Positions 29,725-38,771 of a stretch of DNA of 64,000 nt are shown here, piece after piece (position 1 is the stretch's first letter; each line of letters opens with the position of its first letter). The position numbers were made by a program, and so were the translations under genes. The notes beneath the pieces are model-generated. The model had not been told where the DNA came from. It saw only the letters and a program-made list of their open reading frames with translations, and ran no database searches. Source of the stretch: an uncultured Actinomycetota bacterium (lineage in GTDB: Bacteria; Actinomycetota; Actinomycetes; Mycobacteriales; SCTD01); NCBI GenBank assembly GCA_963815615.1, contig CAWFHF010000007.1, positions 307,139-371,138 of the forward strand, written 5' to 3'.

Positions 29725-29751
29725 GTGCCCGCTGAGCGAGGTGTCCGAAAC
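29725..29751 (-). promoter_or_regulatory. SigF/SigB-type promoter
   Basis: GTTT-N17-GGGCAC on the minus strand upstream of the STAS-HATPase gene. Confidence 0.55.
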
Positions 29752-29799
29752 GACACAAACCTCAGTGAGGGTGTCGATCCCGCGACAGGGCCTGCGCCG

Positions 29800-30570
29800 T
29801 CAGGCGACGAGCGGGGGCACCAGGCCGCTGTAGCCGGTGAGGATGAGCGACCCCAGGACCAGCGAGGCCACGCCGGTGACCAGCCCCAGCCCGATCTGCA
29901 CGCGCGGCGCCCGGCGCGCCCCCAGCAGCCCGCTGACCCACACGCCGGCGACCGCGAGGTCGGTGACGACGAGCCCGAGCACGAAGGCGCCCAGGATGAC
30001 CGCCGCCGAGGCGCTGGACCCGGAGGCCCCCGCGCTGGCGAACAGCACCACCTGCGTCGGCGTCTCGGCGCCCGTGCCGTGCAGCAGCCCGACGACGAAG
30101 GCGCCGCGCGGGTCGACGTCGGCCAGGCCGTCCGGCGGCAGCTCGCGCCGCCGGGCCCGCGCCCAGCCGCGCCGGACGGCGCCCGCGACGAGCGCGACCC
30201 TGCCCGCGTAGCGGTACTCGCCGCGGTCGCGCCCGAGCTGGTAGAGCACCAGGCCGCCGAGGACGACCAGCGTCGTGCCGACGGCGTACTCGAAGACGGC
30301 GTCGATCCCGGCGGGGAGCTCCACCGCCAGGACCAGGACGAGCAGGCCGAACAGGCCGAGCACCAGGCCGTGCCCGAGGCAGTACCAGAACGACAGGCCG
30401 AGGCCGCGCCGGGCGGGCCGCTGCTCGCCCTCGCGCGGGCTGGTGAGGTCGGTGATGGCGGCGATGTGGTCCCAGTCCAGGCCGTGGCGCGCGCCGAGCG
30501 CGAAGCTCGTCGCCGCCAGGCCGAGGACGGCGACGTTCAGGGTGGACAGGTCGGGCAGCACGTCGAGCAA
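29800..30570 (-). CDS. NiCoT/HoxN-like cobalt or nickel transporter
   Basis: GARHGLDWDHIAAI, LGHG, LHGTGAETPTQ; TTG start after GAGGGAG; B12 riboswitch upstream. Confidence 0.82.
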   Translation of the reverse strand: MLDVLPDLSTLNVAVLGLAATSFALGARHGLDWDHIAAITDLTSPREGEQRPARRGLGLSFWYCLGHGLVLGLFGLLVLVLAVELPAGIDAVFEYAVGTTLVVLGGLVLYQLGRDRGEYRYAGRVALVAGAVRRGWARARRRELPPDGLADVDPRGAFVVGLLHGTGAETPTQVVLFASAGASGSSASAAVILGAFVLGLVVTDLAVAGVWVSGLLGARRAPRVQIGLGLVTGVASLVLGSLILTGYSGLVPPLVA

Positions 30571-30617
30571 GGGTCCGGCTCTCCCTCGTGGGCGGAGGTG
30601 GGTACGCGAGTCGGCCA

Positions 30618-30722
30618 CCCCCCGACGGCGATCTGGCTCGCCTCCGCCTGGACAGCTCCAGGACGTCGGACGTCAGTAGCGCACCTGCACCGGACTCGCA
30701 CCGGACTTCCCCGTCAGGGGAG
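30618..30722 (-). ncRNA. Cobalamin riboswitch
   Basis: GGGGAAGTCCGGTGCGAGTCCGG...CGCTACTG...GAGCCAGA, closed by a CCCCTGACGG/CCGTCGGGGG stem. Confidence 0.8.
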
Positions 30723-30784
30723 GGTCGCCGGCGACGCTACCGGTCACCGGGGGACCACGAGGGCGGGTGCGCCAGACTGCCCGG

Positions 30785-31573
30785 GTGACCAGCCCCCTCG
30801 TGACCGTGGACCGCGACGGCGACGTCCTGCTGATCGGCGTCGACCGCGCCGCCAAGCGCAACGCCTGGAACCTGCAGGTGATCGACGAGGTGGGCGCCGC
30901 GTACGACGAGCTCGCCCGCTCCGACGCCCGCGTCGGCGTGGTGTTCGGCCACGGCGACCACTTCTCGGCCGGCCTCGACCTCGCCGAGGTGCTGCCCGCC
31001 GTCGAGTCCGGCGGGCCGTCGGTGCTGAAGGGGGCCTCCGAGCACGACCCCTTCGGGATGTACGGGCCGCCCGTGCCCAAGCCCGTGGTGCTGGCCGTGC
31101 AGGGCATCGCCTTCACGCTGTCGATCGAGCTCGCCCTCGCCAGCGACGTCGTGGTGGCCGCCGACGACGTCCGCTTCCGCCAGCTCGAGGTCGGGCGCGG
31201 CATCCTGCCGTTCGGTGGCGCGACCGTGCGGGCCCCGCGGCAGCTGGGCTGGGGCAACGCGATGCGCTGGATCCTCACCGGCGAGGAGCTCGGCGCCGCC
31301 GAGGCCCACCGCATCGGCCTCGTGCAGGAGGTCGTGCCGGCCGGGCAGCAGCTGCAGCGGGCCACCGAGCTCGCCCGGCTCATCGCCGCGCAGGCACCGC
31401 TCGGCGTGCAGGCCACGCTGGCCAACGCCCGGGTGTCGCAGCGCGCCGCCGCCGAGCGGGCCGCCGCCGACCACCTCGGCCAGGTGCTGCCCGGGATCCT
31501 CGCGAGCGAGGACGCCGCCGAGGGCGTCCGGTCCTTCGTCGAGCGCCGCGAGGCCCGCTTCACCGGCCGCTGA
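30785..31573 (+). CDS. Enoyl-CoA hydratase / crotonase family protein
   Basis: AKRNA, HFSAGLDL, EVGRGILPFGG, FVERREARF. Confidence 0.9.
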   Translation: MTSPLVTVDRDGDVLLIGVDRAAKRNAWNLQVIDEVGAAYDELARSDARVGVVFGHGDHFSAGLDLAEVLPAVESGGPSVLKGASEHDPFGMYGPPVPKPVVLAVQGIAFTLSIELALASDVVVAADDVRFRQLEVGRGILPFGGATVRAPRQLGWGNAMRWILTGEELGAAEAHRIGLVQEVVPAGQQLQRATELARLIAAQAPLGVQATLANARVSQRAAAERAAADHLGQVLPGILASEDAAEGVRSFVERREARFTGR

Positions 31574-31594
31574 GGCCCCTCCCGCGGCTCGGCG

Positions 31595-32392
31595 TCAGGG
31601 CGGGCTGAGGGCGACGACCCGGGCGCGCAGCGCGTCCCTGCCGTCGGGCGTCCGCAGGGCCGCCTCCACGGTGGAGGTCCGCCGGCCGCGCCGCAGCACC
31701 GAGGCCCACAGGTGGGCCGTCGTGTCGCGCGGGGTCGGCCGCTCGTAGGAGCAGGCCGCCGACAGCAGCCGCGCGCCCGGCCCGAGCGCCTGCTCGGCGG
31801 CCAGGCAGACCGCGAGCGCGCCCACGCCGCCGTGCAGGGTCCCCGACACGTTGCTCAGGGCGTCGCGGACGGTCAGCGCGTCCCCGGCCAGCCGCAGCAG
31901 GTCGGGCAGGTGCGCGGCGGCCGGCTCCTGCGGCACGCCCTGCCGGTGCACGCCCTCGCGGTCCATCGGGACCGGCAGGAAGAACCCCGACACCTGCGCC
32001 ACCACGGTCCCGTCGTCGGCGCGGAGCGTCCCCGCCGCGTGCTGCGGGACGCCGTCGGCGAACGGCTCAGCGACGCACACCGCGGTGAGCCCGCCGTCGG
32101 CCGGCGTCGGGCGCAGCAGGTCGACCGTCATCGAGATGGTCATGACCGCGCGCGCGTCGGGCAGGGTCGACACCACCGCGGTCGTCAGCCCGACGTCGGA
32201 CAGCAGGGCCGGCACCGCGCCGCTCGTCGCCCCGTCCGGCAGCAGCAGCTCGGGGGTCAGGGGCAGGCGCACGGTCGTCGTGCCGGGGGCGACGTCGAGC
32301 AGGTGACCGCCGAAGCGGCCGACCGCCGGCGGCACGCCGCGCTCCTGCGCCCACCCGCGCAGCCGCTCCTGTCCGCTCCTCGGCGTCTCCAC
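31595..32392 (-). CDS. Double hotdog-fold (PaaI-like) thioesterase
   Basis: SGAVPALLSD and NVSGTLHGG; start placed 7 nt after TACGGT -10. Confidence 0.75.
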   Translation of the reverse strand: METPRSGQERLRGWAQERGVPPAVGRFGGHLLDVAPGTTTVRLPLTPELLLPDGATSGAVPALLSDVGLTTAVVSTLPDARAVMTISMTVDLLRPTPADGGLTAVCVAEPFADGVPQHAAGTLRADDGTVVAQVSGFFLPVPMDREGVHRQGVPQEPAAAHLPDLLRLAGDALTVRDALSNVSGTLHGGVGALAVCLAAEQALGPGARLLSAACSYERPTPRDTTAHLWASVLRRGRRTSTVEAALRTPDGRDALRARVVALSPP

Positions 32393-32449
32393 GGGCGGCA
32401 CCGTAGGACAGGCCCGGAGCGCTGCCGGGGCGCGGCTGCCGGGCGCGGG

Positions 32450-33461
32450 TCAGAAGGCGGCGAGCAGGGCCCAGAGCGCCTGGACCAGCCGGTCGCTCGC
32501 CCGCGGGTCGCGGACCGCCACCCGGAACCAGTCCGGCCCGAGCCCGGGGAACGTGTCGCCCCGTCGCACGGCGATGCCGAGGCGGCGCAGCCGGTCGCGC
32601 ACGTCAGGGCGCCCCGGCACCCGGCAGAGCAGGAAGGGCGCCTGCGAGCCGGGGCTGACCTCGACGCCGAGCCCGAGCAGCAGGCCCTCCAGCCGCACCC
32701 GCTCGGCCGCGACCTGCCCGGCGACCGCCTCGGCCTCGGCGACGGCCTCCGGGCGGGAGCAGGCCTCGAGCGCGGCGAGCGCCATCGTGCTGACCGACCA
32801 CAGCGGCTGCGCCGCCCGCAGCCGCGCGACCGTGTCGGGGGCGGCGAGCAGGTAGCCGACCCGCAGCCCGGCCAGCGCCCACGTCTTGGTGAGGCTGCGG
32901 ACCACGACCAGCCCCGGCAGGTCGCCCCGGCCGGCGAGCGAGCGGGGCTCCCCGGGGACGGCGTCGAGGAACGCCTCGTCGACGCACGGTGGTGCGTCCG
33001 GGCCGGCACAGGTGGGCGAGGTCGTGCAGCACGCCGGTCGGGTTGGTCGGGTTGCCGACGACGACGAGGTCGGCGTCGTCGGGCACCTCCGGCGGGCCGT
33101 CGAACGGCGGCGGCAGCACCACGCGCTCGACGGCGTGGCCGGCCGCCCGCAGGGCCGCCTCCGGCTCGGTGAACGACGGGTGCACGCAGACCGCCCGGCG
33201 CGGCTGCAGGGCGCGGGCCAGCAGCACGAACGCCTCGGCGGCCCCCGCGGTCACGAGCACCTCGTCGGTCAGCCGTCCGTGGCGGCGGGCGACGGCGGCC
33301 GTCGCGTCCGCCGGCGACGGGTAGGCCGCGAGCCGGGGGACGGCGTCGACCAGCACCTGCTGCAGCCAGGCCGGAGGTGCGCTCCCCCGCACGTTCACGG
33401 CGAGGTCGAGCAGGCCGGGGCCCGTCTCGGCGTCGCCGTGGTGGCGCAGGTCGACGTCCAC
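32450..33461 (-). CDS. cobC: PLP-dependent threonine-phosphate decarboxylase (frameshift near 32990)
   Basis: RHHGD, DLAVNV, GNPTNPTG, VDEAF, RSLTKTWALAGLRVGY. Confidence 0.88.
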
Positions 33462-33462
33462 G

Positions 33463-34383
33463 TCAGTGCGCGTGGCCGGCGGCGTGGTCGTGCGCGTGAC
33501 CGTGGTCGTGCGCGTGGCCGTGCGGGTGCGCGGGGTCGTCGGGGTGGTCGTGCGGCGTCTGCGGCGCGCCGAGCTTGTCCTCGAACCCGGGCAGCGCGAC
33601 GCGGTAGGCGCAGGTGTCGCAGTTCATCCGCAGGTCGCCGCCACCGATCTCGCCCCACCGCTCGGCGACGAGCGACGCGAGCCGCGGGCTCGGGCCGATC
33701 AGCCCGGCCGCCCGCACGTCGACGCCCGGGTGCGCCTGCACCCACTCCTGCGTCTGGGCGGTGATGCGGTCGGGCAGCACGCCCGCGAACAGGAAGTACG
33801 GCAGCACGACGACCCGGGCGTAGCCGAGCCGGCGGGCGCGGTCCAGCCCCTCGGGCACCGACGGGCGGGCCAGGCTGATGAACGCGGTCTCGACCGTGCC
33901 GATGCCCCGGCCCTCCTGCAGCAGCCGCGCGGTCTTGGCGACCTCGGAGTTGGCGTCCGGGTCCGTGGCCCCGCGGCCGACCAGCACGACGGCCGTGTCC
34001 GCCCACTCCTGCTGCGGGACGACGGCGGCCAGCCGGTCGGCGAGGTCGTCGAGCAGCAGCGGGTGCGGACCGAGCGGGCGGCCGTAGCGGAACGCCAGCC
34101 CCGGGTGCCGCAGCTGCTCGCGGGCCAGCGCCGCGGGGATGTCGCCCTTGCTGTGGCCCGCGCCGACCAGCACCAGCGGCACGACGTCGACGGTGCGGTG
34201 CCCCTGCCCGACCAGCCGCGCGACGGCGTCCTGGATGGGCGGCGGCGCGAGCTCGAGGAAGCCGCCCTCGACGTCGGCGTACGGCACGGCCTTCGCCACG
34301 CCCTCCACGAGCTCGGTGAACTGGGCGACGCCGTCGGCGCTCTTGGTGCCGTGGCCGACGATCAGCAGGGCGGGCCGGGTCAT
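33463..34383 (-). CDS. cbiX: Long-form sirohydrochlorin cobaltochelatase
   Basis: LIVGHG, GFLEL, GHSKGDIP, second domain, MNCDTC motif and His-rich tail. Confidence 0.9.
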   Translation of the reverse strand: MTRPALLIVGHGTKSADGVAQFTELVEGVAKAVPYADVEGGFLELAPPPIQDAVARLVGQGHRTVDVVPLVLVGAGHSKGDIPAALAREQLRHPGLAFRYGRPLGPHPLLLDDLADRLAAVVPQQEWADTAVVLVGRGATDPDANSEVAKTARLLQEGRGIGTVETAFISLARPSVPEGLDRARRLGYARVVVLPYFLFAGVLPDRITAQTQEWVQAHPGVDVRAAGLIGPSPRLASLVAERWGEIGGGDLRMNCDTCAYRVALPGFEDKLGAPQTPHDHPDDPAHPHGHAHDHGHAHDHAAGHAH

Positions 34384-35000
34384 GGTGCCTCTTCCGGGAC
34401 GGAGGTGTAGAGCAGGGCGTTCAGGGCTGCGGCGGCGACGGCCGAGCCGCCCTTCTCGGTCACGTTCGACACGGCGGGCAGGCCGGCGTCGCGCAGCGCC
34501 TGCTTGCTCTCCGCCGCCCCGACGAAGCCGACCGGCAGCCCGACCACCAGCGCCGGGCGGACGTCGAGGGCGAGGATCTCGAACAGGGCGGTGGGTGCGT
34601 TGCCGACGACCCACACCGCGCCGGGCCCGACCTGCTCGTAGGCGAGCCGGATGCCGGCCGCCGTGCGGGTCACGCCCTGCGAGGCCACGGCGTCCTTGAC
34701 CCGGCAGACGACGTCGCGGGTGGTGATCCCGGCCGCGACCATGTGCACGTCGGCGACCACGGGGGCGCCGCCACGCAGCGCCGCCTGCGCCTCCTGCAGC
34801 ACCTGCTCGTCCGTGACCAGGTCGGTCACGTAGTCGAGGTCGGCGCTGCTGTGCACGACCCGCTCGACGACGGCGCGGGTCAGCGGCGGCAGGTGCGAGG
34901 TGTCGACGCGCGAGCGCAGGATCCGCATGGACTCGACCTCGATGGGGTGCACCGCCCGCCGGGTGTCGCCGCCCTGCTGCCCGGGTGTCAGTCGAACCAT
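34380..35000 (-). CDS. cobH: Precorrin-8X methylmutase (CobH/CbiC)
   Basis: HPIEVES, GNAPTAL, GLPVGFVGAAESK, KGGSAVAAAALN. Confidence 0.93.
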   Translation of the reverse strand: MVRLTPGQQGGDTRRAVHPIEVESMRILRSRVDTSHLPPLTRAVVERVVHSSADLDYVTDLVTDEQVLQEAQAALRGGAPVVADVHMVAAGITTRDVVCRVKDAVASQGVTRTAAGIRLAYEQVGPGAVWVVGNAPTALFEILALDVRPALVVGLPVGFVGAAESKQALRDAGLPAVSNVTEKGGSAVAAAALNALLYTSVPEEAP

Positions 35001-35737
35001 CGGAGCCTCTCCCGGAGCCGGACGACGTCGCCCACGACGGTGGCGACCGGAGCGGTGAGACCGGCGGCCGCGACGTCGTCGGCCAGCTGCCCGACCGTGC
35101 TGACGACGACCCGCTGCGCCGACGTCGTGCCCTGCTGCACGCACGCCGCCGGTGTGCCGGCGGCGCGGCCGTGGCGGACCAGGCCGTCCATGAGCAGCCG
35201 CAGCCGGTCGAGCCCCATGAGGATGACCAGCGTGCCCGGGCCCTGCGCGAGCGACTGCCACCGGACCCGGCTGCCGGGGTCGTCGGGGTCGAGGTGGCCG
35301 GTGACGACGCAGACGTCCTGCGTGTAGCCGCGGGCCGTCACCGGGATGCCCGCGTAGGCGGCGGCCGCGACAGCGCTCGTCACCCCGGGGACCACCTCGA
35401 AGGGGATGCCGGCGTCGACGAGCGCCTCGGCCTCCTCGCTGCCGCGGCCGAACACGAACGGGTCCCCGCCCTTGAGCCGCACCACCCGGCGGCCCGCCTG
35501 CGCGTGCTGCACCAGCTGCGCGTTGATCTCCTCCTGGCGCGGCGCCGTGCCCGTCCAGGAGGTCTTGCCGACGTCGACCACCTCGGCGCCGTCGCGCAGG
35601 TGGCGCAGGCTCGCGGGGTCGACCAGCCGGTCGACCAGCACGACGTCGGCCTCCCCCAGCAGCTCGGCGGCGCGCAGGGTGAGCAGCCCCGGGTCGCCCG
35701 GCCCGGCGCCGACGAGCGCCACGGTCCCGGGCCTCAC
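34988..35737 (-). CDS. cobA: Uroporphyrinogen-III C-methyltransferase
   Basis: VGAGPGDPGLLT, RLKGGDPFVFGRGSEE, GIPVTAR. Confidence 0.93.
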   Translation of the reverse strand: MRPGTVALVGAGPGDPGLLTLRAAELLGEADVVLVDRLVDPASLRHLRDGAEVVDVGKTSWTGTAPRQEEINAQLVQHAQAGRRVVRLKGGDPFVFGRGSEEAEALVDAGIPFEVVPGVTSAVAAAAYAGIPVTARGYTQDVCVVTGHLDPDDPGSRVRWQSLAQGPGTLVILMGLDRLRLLMDGLVRHGRAAGTPAACVQQGTTSAQRVVVSTVGQLADDVAAAGLTAPVATVVGDVVRLRERLRWFD

Positions 35738-35913
35738 GCCGGCACCCGGGTCACGGCGTCGGCCGGGCACACCTCGACGCAGGCGCCGCAGTCGGTGCAG
35801 CGGTCGGGGTCGACGGCCAGCGGCACGCCGACGACGAACGCGTGCGACGGGCAGGTGAGCAGGCAGGCGCCGCAGGCGGTGCAGGAGGCGTCGATCAGGT
35901 ACGCGGCGACCAC
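35734..35913 (-). CDS. 2x[4Fe-4S] ferredoxin, 59 aa
   Basis: CTACGACLLTCP and CTDCGACVEVCP; overlaps both neighbours. Confidence 0.88.
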   Translation of the reverse strand: MVAAYLIDASCTACGACLLTCPSHAFVVGVPLAVDPDRCTDCGACVEVCPADAVTRVPA

Positions 35914-37538
35914 CGGTACCCCCTCGGTGTCACGAAGCGGCCGCCCACGACGCGGCTCTGCGACGACCCGACCACCACGCACGCCAGCATGGTGACGTCC
36001 TCGGGCCGCAGCTCGCCCAGCGAGGTCAGCTGCACCGTCTCGCCCGGCCGCGAGGCGTCGGTGACGATGCCGACCGGCGTGGACGGCGGCCGGTGCTCGA
36101 GCAGCAGCGCGACGGCCTTCGGCAGCTGCCAGTCGCGCCCGCGGCTGCGCGGGTTGTAGAAGGTGACGACCAGGTCGGCCTCCGCGACGGCGCGGATGCG
36201 CGCCTCGATGGCCTCCCACGGCGTGTGCAGGTCGGACAGGCTGATGCTGGCGTGGTCGTGCCCGAGCGGTGCGCCGAGCAGGTTGGACGCCGCTATCGCG
36301 GCCGTCACCCCCGGCACCCCGACGACGTCGATGTCGGTCCCGGCGACCTCCAGGGCCGGGGAGGCCATGGCGTAGACACCGGCGTCGCCGGACCCGATCA
36401 GCGCGACGGCGTGGCCCTGCTCGGCGAAGCGCACGGCGCTGTGCGCGCGCTCCTCCTCCTTGCCGAGACCGGTCTCGACGAGCCGGGTGCCGGGCCGGGC
36501 GAGGTCGCGCACCTGGTCGACGTACTGGTCGAGCCCGACCCAGACCGACGCCCGGCGCAGCTCGGCCTCCGCGCGCGGGGTGAGCAGGTCGCGCGCCCCC
36601 GGGCCGAGCCCGACGAGGGCGAGCCGCCCGCGCGGACGGACCCGGCTGACCGCCACGGTCGCCATCGCCGACTTCTGCTTGGTCACGACCAGGGCGCCGT
36701 GCAGGGCGGCCGCGGCCTCGGCCACCGACGGCGTGCCGAGCACCTTGAGCGGCTCGTCGCTGGGGTTGGGCACGTCGACCTGGGCGAGGTCGCGGGCGGC
36801 GTGGAACGACAGCGGCCACCCCCGCTGCGCGCACGCCTCGACCAGCCCGGCCTCGTCGCGCTTGGCCTCCACCGTCGCCGCGCCCCGGACGCTGGCGGCG
36901 GACAGCCCGCCCTGCGCGAGCGCGGCGTCGACCAGCCGCAGCACCTCGTCGGCCGGCACGCCGCGGCTGGCCCCGAGGCCGACCACGAGCGACGGCGGGC
37001 GCAGCACGGCGTCGGCCTGCACGTCGAGCAGGTCGCTCACCGCGAGCACGACGTCGCCCTCGTCGCCGACGGGCAGCGGAGGCAGCGGCCACACGTGCTC
37101 GGACTGCAGCCGCACGGGCTCGCCGTCCAGCAGGGCGCGCCCCACCCGGGCGACGTCGCCCTCGACCGGCCAGCCGAGCATGTCCAGGCCCGGCAGCCCG
37201 ACGCTGTCGCTGGCGGTGGTGACGACGGCCGTCGCGCCGAGCACGTCCGCGACCTGCTCGGCCAGGGCGTTCGCCCCGCCCGCGTGCCCGCCGGTGAGCG
37301 CGACCGCGAACCGGTGCGCCTCGTCCACGCACACGACGCCGGGGTCGCTCGCCTTGTCCTGCAGCAGCGGCGCGAGCAGCCGGACGGTCGCCCCCGTCGC
37401 CAGGAACACGACCAGCGAGGAGCACTCCGCGAAGGCGGTCGCCAGGTCCCCCACCGGGTAGCTGCGGGTCTCGCCGAGGACGGCCAGCCGCTCGGCGCCG
37501 CGCCGGCCGGCGGCGGTGGTGTGGACGAGGCCGATCAA
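35895..37538 (-). CDS. cobJ: CbiG - CobJ/CbiH fusion (hydrolase plus C17-methyltransferase)
   Basis: KASDPGVV, GGHAGGAN, SVAEAAA, then VGLGPG, SGDAGVYAMA, SLSDLHTPW, YNPRS. Confidence 0.9.
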   Translation of the reverse strand: MIGLVHTTAAGRRGAERLAVLGETRSYPVGDLATAFAECSSLVVFLATGATVRLLAPLLQDKASDPGVVCVDEAHRFAVALTGGHAGGANALAEQVADVLGATAVVTTASDSVGLPGLDMLGWPVEGDVARVGRALLDGEPVRLQSEHVWPLPPLPVGDEGDVVLAVSDLLDVQADAVLRPPSLVVGLGASRGVPADEVLRLVDAALAQGGLSAASVRGAATVEAKRDEAGLVEACAQRGWPLSFHAARDLAQVDVPNPSDEPLKVLGTPSVAEAAAALHGALVVTKQKSAMATVAVSRVRPRGRLALVGLGPGARDLLTPRAEAELRRASVWVGLDQYVDQVRDLARPGTRLVETGLGKEEERAHSAVRFAEQGHAVALIGSGDAGVYAMASPALEVAGTDIDVVGVPGVTAAIAASNLLGAPLGHDHASISLSDLHTPWEAIEARIRAVAEADLVVTFYNPRSRGRDWQLPKAVALLLEHRPPSTPVGIVTDASRPGETVQLTSLGELRPEDVTMLACVVVGSSQSRVVGGRFVTPRGYRWSPRT

Positions 37539-38719
37539 CGCAGGGCTCCAGACACGACGAACACGGGGTTGGTGGGGGCGAGCCGGTGGGCGCCCGCGAG
37601 CGGGACGAGCCGCTGCGCCTGCAGCAGCACCGTCTCGGTGGCGTAGCCGTCGAGCGCGGCCAGGGTGGGCGCGACGCGCTCGACGGCGGCGAGCGCGACG
37701 ACGCAGCCGCCGCGGGCCGGCGTGCGGCGACGGCGGCGACCACGTCCGGCCCGCCCCCGCCGACGAAGGCGGCGTCCGGGTCGGGCAGCCCGTCGAGCGC
37801 CTGCGGAGCGCGGCCGTGCACGGCGTGGACGTGCACGCCGAAGGCGGCGGCGTTGGCGCGCACGTGCTCGACGGTGTCCTGCTCGACGGCGTGCACGTCG
37901 GCGCCGAAGCGGGCGCACTCGACGGCGACCGACCCGCTGCCGGCACCCACGTCCCACACGACCTCGCCCAGCCGCGGGCCGAGCCGGGCGAGCACGTGCG
38001 CGCGCACCTCGGCCTTGGTCACCATGCCGTCGCGGTGCACGAAGGCCTCCTCCGGCAGCGCCCACCCGGGCGGGGAGCGGAAGCCGGCGACCGTGACGCG
38101 CGGCCCCGGCTCGGGGTCGGACGTGTCGAGCACGACGACGACGTTCGGGTCCTCCCAGTCGCGCGCCGCGGCCTCGTCGGGGCAGCACCGCGTGACCCGC
38201 TCGCCCGGCAGGCCGAGCCGCTCCCCCACGAGCAGCACCCGGTCGGAGCGGCCGGCCAGGGCCGCGCCGAGCTGCGCCGGACCGGTCGTGGCGTCGGTCA
38301 GGACGGCGACCTTCGGCTGCGAGCGCACGGCGGCCAGCGCCTCGCGCGGGTCGCGCCCGTGGGCGCTGACCACCACGGCGTCGTCCCACTCGTACCCGGC
38401 CCGGCCGAACGCGAGGGCGACGCTGGTCAGGCCCGGCAGCACCTCGACCGTGCGGGGGCGCACCGCCCGGCGGACCGCCCGCACCACGCCGAAGAAGCCG
38501 GGGTCGCCGGAGGCCAGCACGACGACGTCGCCCGGCTCGTCGGCCACGGCGGCGATCGCGGCGGCAGGGTCGTCGCGCAGGGCGACGGTGCGGACGCCGT
38601 CGGGCAGGGGGACCTCGGCGAGGTGGCGGCGGCCGCCCATGACGAGCGCGGCGGACGCCAGCCGCTCCTCGGGCGAGGGCGGGGAGCGGGCCGCCGTCGT
38701 AGCCGACCACGGTGATCAT
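37535..38719 (-). CDS. cobL: Precorrin-6Y C5,C15-methyltransferase CbiE-CbiT (frameshifts near 38670 and 37710)
   Basis: VLASGDPGFFG, SAHGR, TKAEVR, WDVGAGSGSV. Confidence 0.88.
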   Translation of the reverse strand: MITVVGYDGGPLPALARGAAGVRRARHGRPPPPRRGPPARRRPHRRPARRPCRRDRRRGRRAGRRRRAGLRRPRLLRRGAGGPPGGAPPHGRGAAGPDQRRPRVRPGRVRVGRRRGGQRPRARPARGAGRRALAAEGRRPDRRHDRSGAARRGPGRPLRPGAARGGAARPAGRAGHAVLPRRGRGARLGGPERRRRARHVRPRAGAARHGRRLPLPARVGAAGGGLRAPRRHGDQGRGARARARPARPAAGRGRVGRGCRQRVGRRRVRPLRRRRARRRAGHRRARARQRRRLRRARPRRARPRSAGARRAARPGRRLRRRGRAGRGRRRRRTPARGGCVVALAAVERVAPTLAALDGYATETVLLQAQRLVPLAGAHRLAPTNPVFVVSGALR

Positions 38720-38771
38720 CTCGGGCCCCGGGCGCGTCGTGGGCGCGAGCGGGCGACGTGGCTGGGGAAGA

